From positions 1 through 32,325 of the forward strand of contig CAXTTL010000025.1 of the NCBI GenBank assembly GCA_964247135.1: a stretch of DNA of 32,325 nt. The letters are read 5' to 3'. Source of the DNA: an uncultured Deinococcales bacterium. GTDB lineage: Bacteria > Deinococcota > Deinococci > Deinococcales > JAAFIG01. The position numbers were made by a program, and so were the translations under genes. The notes beneath the pieces are model-generated. The model did no database searches, was not told where the DNA came from, and was given only the letters and a program-made list of their open reading frames with translations. How positions within the stretch are numbered: the first letter of the stretch is position 1; every line of letters starts with the position of its first letter. Of the stretch, positions 27,676-32,325 are shown in pieces.

Positions 27676-27707
27676 AAGAAGGCGATCCGAAAGGGTCGCC
27701 TTCTTTT
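27676..27707 (+). terminator. Intrinsic terminator of rpsA
   Basis: AAGAAGGCGATCC-GAAA-GGGTCGCCTTCTT-TT. Confidence 0.9.
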
Positions 27708-27839
27708 GACACTCGAGGTGCAGAAAATTCACTTGCTCAAAAGGCTTGTTTACTTTGAAAGGTGCTTTCAACCCCCTAAAAATTAACGTAGAATTGACCA
27801 AAGTAGCCAAGACATTTTCGATACAGGGAGTGTGTAGTT

Positions 27840-28634
27840 ATGAATGATGATATTCATTTTCTTCGAGAAACAGTCGTCAATATCGATGCCGCTGTGGTTG
27901 GTATCAGTTCATCAAGTTGGGTATCTGCATCAGCGGAATCTACCGAGGAATCGGCGCGTAGTATTATGGAACCCAATCGCTTTGACATTCTTCCAATCGA
28001 AAATCCTAAGGGCGTGCGTGAGTATTTTAAAACAGACATCTATAACCAATATTCAGCAATTTCTCGTCACGCTATTGGTCATCGTGATGTTGTTCCCTTT
28101 TCCACGCCAATACGAACCATTGTTGAGCGATTTTCTATAGATAAAAGAACTTTTCTCTTTCTGGTGAACGAGCGACGCATTGTTGGTTTGATCACACTAT
28201 CAAATTTAAACTGCCGACAAGTATCGATTTATTTGTTTAGCTTATTTACGGAATTAGAGGTTAAAATAGGCAATTTATTGATGAAAAACTGTAAAGAAGA
28301 TGAGATAAAAAATTTAACTTTTGAAAATAGTAATTATCCTAAACACCGAGGTATTAAAAATCGCTATAAAGAAGATAAAGAAAACGGAGTAGAAATCCCG
28401 GTAGTTGAATATCTATATCTATCAGATTTAATAAATCTGATAGAAACAAAGAAATTTTATAGAGATATTGGTCTTCAAGATGATGAAGAATCTAAAAAAA
28501 TTCTTAAAGATTTGAATAAAACGCGAAATACTGCTGCTCACCCAATAAAATCTATAATATTAGATTTGGATTCATGTTGTGAATTATGGAAACAAATAGA
28601 GCTTGTAGAAAATATCTTATTTTACCTTCGATAA
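27840..28634 (+). CDS. Putative CBS-pair plus Swt1-like HEPN protein
   Basis: CBS-like ARSIM...FDILPI and TPI..IV..F....FLFLV..RRIVGLITLSNLN; helical C-terminus with YLYLSDLINLI and RNTAAH (R-x4-H); very AT-rich; no CTCGAG. Confidence 0.65.
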   Translation: MNDDIHFLRETVVNIDAAVVGISSSSWVSASAESTEESARSIMEPNRFDILPIENPKGVREYFKTDIYNQYSAISRHAIGHRDVVPFSTPIRTIVERFSIDKRTFLFLVNERRIVGLITLSNLNCRQVSIYLFSLFTELEVKIGNLLMKNCKEDEIKNLTFENSNYPKHRGIKNRYKEDKENGVEIPVVEYLYLSDLINLIETKKFYRDIGLQDDEESKKILKDLNKTRNTAAHPIKSIILDLDSCCELWKQIELVENILFYLR

Positions 28635-28696
28635 ATTTGATTAATTCCCATCCTATTTCTTAATTTCTTATTTTTCAAGGTAGAGGTGATTGAATC

Positions 28697-29047
28697 ATGG
28701 CATTAAAAAAATGGCAACACGCAATTCACGCTGTTTTTAAGAAATTACAAGATTATCAAACGCCTATGCCTGACGGTTTAGAACGTGAATTTATTCTGGA
28801 TGACCAAAACGGGCATTACCAGATTCTGGATGTCGGTTGGATAGACCAAAAACCTGTGCAAGACATCATGGTGCATATTGACCTTAAAAACGATTTTGTT
28901 TGGGTGCAAGCCGATAACACCACCCACGGCATTGTGGATGCGCTTCTCGAGCAAGGTGTGCCTCAAAATCGGATTGTGCTTGGTTTTCATGCGCCGTATA
29001 AAAGAAAATTTACGGGTTTTGCAACTGGTACGGAAATTTCTGCGTAA
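28697..29047 (+). CDS. XisI family protein
   Basis: D...GHYQI..VGW, HIDLKN..VWVQ.D.T..GI...LLEQGVP...IVLGF..PY.R..TGFA. Confidence 0.9.
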   Translation: MALKKWQHAIHAVFKKLQDYQTPMPDGLEREFILDDQNGHYQILDVGWIDQKPVQDIMVHIDLKNDFVWVQADNTTHGIVDALLEQGVPQNRIVLGFHAPYKRKFTGFATGTEISA

Positions 29048-29096
29048 CTTGAGGACATTTTTCAAGTTCGTTTTGACCCTCGAGAACGCTAGACAT

Positions 29097-29489
29097 TTAC
29101 CTTATTAAGCGGATTTTAACTTTTAAGTTTGGAATTTTATTCCAACTTTGTTCCGCTGTTAAAACGTGCAAACCTTTTGCCTCTGCCAGAGCCAGACACG
29201 CACAGTCCCCCAATGAAAGTTCGTAAGGGTTACGTCTCGCATAAAAAAATGCCACGCCTTCGGCTTGTTGGCGGTCTAAATCAGCCAACTCGAGCAATGC
29301 TCCAAAAGCTTCTAGCGCTGCATCCACTTGCTTTGATGTGTGAGTGCCGCTTCCAACCAATTTTCCTTTGGTTTCGGCGTAATTGATTACCGACATCAAA
29401 AAGCCGTGTTGAAGTTGTTCTTCAACCACAGCCGCACCGTTTTCGTCTCGAATGAAGGCGATCAAGGCACTCGAATCAATCACGTACAA
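29097..29489 (-). CDS. vapC: VapC/PIN-domain toxin
   Basis: YVIDSSALIA, SVINYAE, LSLGDCACLALA, VLTAE; 1 nt downstream of the antitoxin stop. Confidence 0.9.
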   Translation of the reverse strand: MYVIDSSALIAFIRDENGAAVVEEQLQHGFLMSVINYAETKGKLVGSGTHTSKQVDAALEAFGALLELADLDRQQAEGVAFFYARRNPYELSLGDCACLALAEAKGLHVLTAEQSWNKIPNLKVKIRLIR

Positions 29490-29490
29490 C

Positions 29491-29760
29491 TTAAAAACCC
29501 TTCTTTTTGGCTTCCAAACGACGATTCTCGAGCAATTCTGAAGTCAAATCTTTACTGTCGTCTGTTTTTAGAATTCCGCGCAAGCGTTTCGCCAAAGCTT
29601 GACGGGTGACGAGTACAACGTGGTCGCCTTCGAGGGTCGCAATCAATTCATCACCAGATTGAATGCCCAGAGCGCGACGGTATTCGACTGGAATAACAGC
29701 CTGTCCTTTTGGTCCAACAGTTACGGTTTGGCTTAACTTTGGAGCAAAGGTTTTACTCAT
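29491..29760 (-). CDS. vapB: AbrB/MazE-type antitoxin (VapB)
   Basis: VTVGPKGQAVIPVEYRRALGIQSGDEL; ATG 29760 lies 6 nt after TATACT on the minus strand. Confidence 0.88.
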   Translation of the reverse strand: MSKTFAPKLSQTVTVGPKGQAVIPVEYRRALGIQSGDELIATLEGDHVVLVTRQALAKRLRGILKTDDSKDLTSELLENRRLEAKKKGF

Positions 29761-29766
29761 AAAATA

Positions 29767-29790
29767 AGTATAATACAAATGTATTTGTAT
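29767..29790 (-). promoter_or_regulatory. vapBC -10 box and adjacent palindromic operator
   Basis: TATACT (minus strand, 29767-72) abuts a perfect ATACAAAT-GT-ATTTGTAT inverted repeat (29773-90). Confidence 0.7.
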
Positions 29791-29953
29791 AACTTAACTG
29801 CTTTCGGCAAGATTTCGTGACGCTGTGGTGGCTCGAGCCAAATCATGTTGCGAGTTTTGTTTGTCACCGCTCGATTTTTCGAGTGATGATTTTGAGTTGT
29901 TTAAATCTCCTTCCCTGTCCTGAATTTCTGACCAAATCTGCTAGACTAAACCC

Positions 29954-30208
29954 ATGAACGTGCAACTCGAGTTACCACAAGAGTTAGAAGCACTGCTCAA
30001 CCCAAACCCAGAACGCAACGTTCTCGAGTCGGTATTGTTGCGGCTTGTTCGTTTGGAAAAAATCAGTGTCGCTCGAGCGGGTGAAATTCTTGGTTTGACC
30101 CGTGCCGAAGCCATAAAATGGTACTCGAGCCAAGGTTATCCATTCCCAGAATTTGACACGACAGATTGGGAAGATGAACTCGATAGCGTGAAACCTTTGA
30201 GTTGTTGA
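29954..30208 (+). CDS. UPF0175-family putative antitoxin (orphan)
   Basis: LELP.EL, KISVARAGEILGLTR.E; acidic tail; TAGACT 6 nt before the ATG. Confidence 0.8.
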   Translation: MNVQLELPQELEALLNPNPERNVLESVLLRLVRLEKISVARAGEILGLTRAEAIKWYSSQGYPFPEFDTTDWEDELDSVKPLSC

Positions 30209-30216
30209 AGGATAAC

Positions 30217-30399
30217 CTACACTTTTGTTTTAACGCGTTTTAAATCTTTAACCCGAAACTTCACCAAGGCTTTCGGTAAAACTCGAGCAGCATCGCCATC
30301 TAGTTCTGGAGCGTCAGCATAACGCCCCTGCGCTTGCCGTGTTGCTATCGGTTCGCGTTTCCTGAATTGTTTTCCTGTGGGAAGCGTTTGGTCGTTCAT
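30217..30399 (-). CDS. Small basic hypothetical protein (60 aa)
   Basis: ATG 30399 lies 7 nt after TAGAAT (minus strand, 30407-12), which overlaps the upstream stop codon; fills the gap exactly. Confidence 0.55.
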   Translation of the reverse strand: MNDQTLPTGKQFRKREPIATRQAQGRYADAPELDGDAARVLPKALVKFRVKDLKRVKTKV

Positions 30400-30409
30400 A
30401 GGCTGCATT

Positions 30410-31114
30410 CTACCACTTGGAAGCCAATTCAATCGATTTTTGCTCGAGATACGCGTCTAAAATGATGTTAGAACTCGAATTGGGTTGTAAGTCAAACTGC
30501 ATGTCTTTGGAGTAACCGTGTTTACGCCAGAAATCAAGCCCGATTCCGTCTTCAATGCCAAACATCAAATCATGCAAGGTCAAGGTGGCTTCGGGTAACT
30601 CGAAACCTGTGTCATTACTAAATGCCAAACGCAATTGCTCGAGTTCAGTGTTCGTAAAACTGGTATTGAATCCCAACCTTGCCCAAGTATAATAACCGTT
30701 GGCTTCTCGTCCTCGGACCGCCAGCAGTTCAATACTTTGAAACCCGAGTTGTATTGCTTTGGCAACTTGGTGCGCCAATAATCGCGTTCCGATTTGGTTG
30801 CCCGTTGGGTCGAGAAAGAGGTTATCAACCATGATGTAGGGGTCTGTGTTGGCAAAAATATACTCGTGTTGGGTTTGGATGCCCCATTTAGGACAGTGCG
30901 CTGCAATGCGCACGACGAGTTCGTCTGGATGCCAAGCGTAATCAAGTTCGCTAACCACACTTTGATTTGGGATGGCTGCTACATCAAGCAATTGCATCAA
31001 TTTTAGCGCATGGTGATGCTCGAGCAATGAGGCTTCGAGTTCCTTGGCGTCGTTTTGATCGAAAAAATCAATCGTTCGAGGTTGACCAAAAAGTTGTTGA
31101 CTGATTTCGTCCAT
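30410..31114 (-). CDS. GNAT-fold-like protein
   Basis: DNLFLDP.GNQIGTRLL..QV.KA..LGF..IEL.A (motif A-like) and NGYYTWARLGF (motif B-like); TATAAT 11 nt upstream. Confidence 0.6.
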   Translation of the reverse strand: MDEISQQLFGQPRTIDFFDQNDAKELEASLLEHHHALKLMQLLDVAAIPNQSVVSELDYAWHPDELVVRIAAHCPKWGIQTQHEYIFANTDPYIMVDNLFLDPTGNQIGTRLLAHQVAKAIQLGFQSIELLAVRGREANGYYTWARLGFNTSFTNTELEQLRLAFSNDTGFELPEATLTLHDLMFGIEDGIGLDFWRKHGYSKDMQFDLQPNSSSNIILDAYLEQKSIELASKW

Positions 31115-31187
31115 AAACTCAAAGAATTATACGATTGTAACCGTGAATTCGCGCTTTTGGCTGTTGTTGAATAAAAAACAATCAATT

Positions 31188-31955
31188 TTAGCTCGAACCT
31201 TTAACCATTCGAGTTTCCTTTTCAATCACCGTGAAGACCACAAAAACCACATTCCCTTCGGGGTGAACATCCACCACGGCTTTCATTTTTTTGCCGCTTC
31301 TGAATGGAATATAACTTTCATCCGTCAGCGGCAATCCAGTCTCGAGCGCAACATGGGCTGGATGATCTTGGGGAATGATCGTGCCGTTGCTGAGTGGGTA
31401 ACGCATTTCACTGGTGCGGGTGCTAAATTCCACCTCGAGCATCTTGGCTTTGGCGCGAAGTACACCAACAATCGCTTTACCCTCCAGACTTTGCGCCAAA
31501 ACCACGCAGGCGGCAGGTCGTGAAATCGTAAAGCTTTTAACGATGCGTGGGATCGCTCGAGCGCCGCGTCCGTATTTTTGCAGCAGTGCCTCGAGTTCGA
31601 TTTCTGGCACAAGTATCGCACTTGCCCCGACGTTGCACAATATCTCGATGGCTTCCTCGAGATCATCGCCTTGGTAAGCGTCGTGCAAGTCCGAGAGCAG
31701 GTCGTCGTCTGCGAGAATCAAAGCATGGGTGACTTCGTGTGCCATCGTGAAGCGTTGACGCTCGAGGGTCACGGTTTTGGAAATAAAAATCACGTTGCGG
31801 TTTGGGTCGAACGCGCCGTCTTTGTCGCCCAGATCGCCGTACTCGAGTTTTGCGCCGATGGCGGCGGCAAGGTCGAGGGGTTCTCGAGCAGGGTGCGAAA
31901 GGTTGAACTCGGCGGCGAGTTCGCGCACTCGGGTTTTGTGTTCCTGTAAGACCAC
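31188..31955 (-). CDS. irrE: IrrE/PprI zinc metalloprotease
   Basis: DGAFDP, RQRFTMAHEVTH (HExxH), DDDLLSDLHDAY.GD.LE..IE.LCNVGA, PFRSGKKM. Confidence 0.93.
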   Translation of the reverse strand: MVLQEHKTRVRELAAEFNLSHPAREPLDLAAAIGAKLEYGDLGDKDGAFDPNRNVIFISKTVTLERQRFTMAHEVTHALILADDDLLSDLHDAYQGDDLEEAIEILCNVGASAILVPEIELEALLQKYGRGARAIPRIVKSFTISRPAACVVLAQSLEGKAIVGVLRAKAKMLEVEFSTRTSEMRYPLSNGTIIPQDHPAHVALETGLPLTDESYIPFRSGKKMKAVVDVHPEGNVVFVVFTVIEKETRMVKGSS

Positions 31956-31965
31956 GTGTACCTCG

Positions 31966-32001
31966 AAATAAAAATGGGAACGGATTTGAAACCCGTTCCC
32001 A
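31966..32001 (-). terminator. Hairpin plus U-tract between ddrO and irrE
   Basis: Minus strand TGGGAACGG-GTTTCAAAT-CCGTTCCCA-TTTTTATTT. Confidence 0.7.
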
Positions 32002-32021
32002 CACGTTACCCTAATTTTGGT

Positions 32022-32324
32022 TTACTCGAGGATGCGTTTGAGATTTCGGTAAATGTCGTACCAGTCTTCTTTGGTTTGCGGACGCTTGCCGCGCAACTCG
32101 ATGCGAGAAAGGCTCGAGACCCAATCGGGGGTGATGTGTCCGCCCAGAACGGGGTCGGCGAGCAAATCTGCCAAGCCTTTCGGCAGGGCGCTGTCGCTGG
32201 CATCGCCGTAAAATTCGACGGGGGCAAGCAAGTCATTCACGCTGAGGTCGTAAGCGCCAGCCAGGGTTTGCAGGGTCTCGAGGCTGGGGTTGGTGCGTCC
32301 GCGCTCGAGGTCGCTGAGGTAAGG
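32022..32324 (-). CDS. ddrO: DdrO XRE-family repressor (5' truncated by window)
   Basis: Open frame from the window edge: [25 protein letters not shown]...[40 protein letters not shown]. Confidence 0.95.
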   Translation of the reverse strand, partial: PYLSDLERGRTNPSLETLQTLAGAYDLSVNDLLAPVEFYGDASDSALPKGLADLLADPVLGGHITPDWVSSLSRIELRGKRPQTKEDWYDIYRNLKRILE

Positions 32325-32325
32325 G

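Larger units (their letters stand above)
131..32309. repeat. Highly iterated palindrome CTCGAG dispersed through the window
   Basis: About 218 copies by hand count (~1 per 150 bp) against ~8 expected for a 6-mer in 32 kb. Confidence 0.97.

Noticed and set aside
1-32325. CTCGAG abundance as an XhoI cloning or assembly artefact, or as a CRISPR-like array
   Set aside because: Sites sit in frame within intact conserved genes, with irregular spacing and no longer repeat unit.
1-32325. tRNA, rRNA, CRISPR array, integrase or transposase
   Set aside because: None recognised by eye; a covariance-model scan would be needed to exclude small RNAs.

Overview
Chromosomal window from a Deinococcota bacterium. 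It carries DdrO, IrrE and a Deinococcus-type S1 protein, uses many leaderless-type starts, and has a GC content that looks only moderate by eye (~50%). About 36 genes are present: the 3' end of a xanthine-dehydrogenase-type molybdoenzyme, a redoxin, rodA, an FAD oxidoreductase, a 50-aa TatA-like ORF missing from the ORF track, a 6xLysM-M23 peptidase, a thioesterase, YceH, a YehM/YehP-like pair split by ung, a 5-gene VOC x3 / hypothetical / AlkZ-like operon, a beta-propeller lipoprotein, a cupin, a lysA-like gene, a sugar ABC operon, a beta-barrel-like protein, a PQQ sugar-dehydrogenase lipoprotein, rpsA, a toxin/defence-like islet (CBS-HEPN, XisI, VapBC, UPF0175, GNAT-like plus small ORF), and an adjacent ddrO-irrE pair. 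Most notable: (1) the palindrome CTCGAG occurs about 218 times by hand count against about 8 expected, in all three codon frames and in terminator stems, and is absent from two AT-rich genes; (2) a full match to the DdrO operator (RDRM) consensus overlaps the -10 box of the VOC/AlkZ-like operon, suggesting a DNA-damage-inducible genotoxin-resistance module; (3) a recently acquired CBS-HEPN candidate nucleotide-sensing RNase and a stand-alone toxin-type GNAT lie next to irrE. All family calls come from motif recognition by eye; no database search was run.
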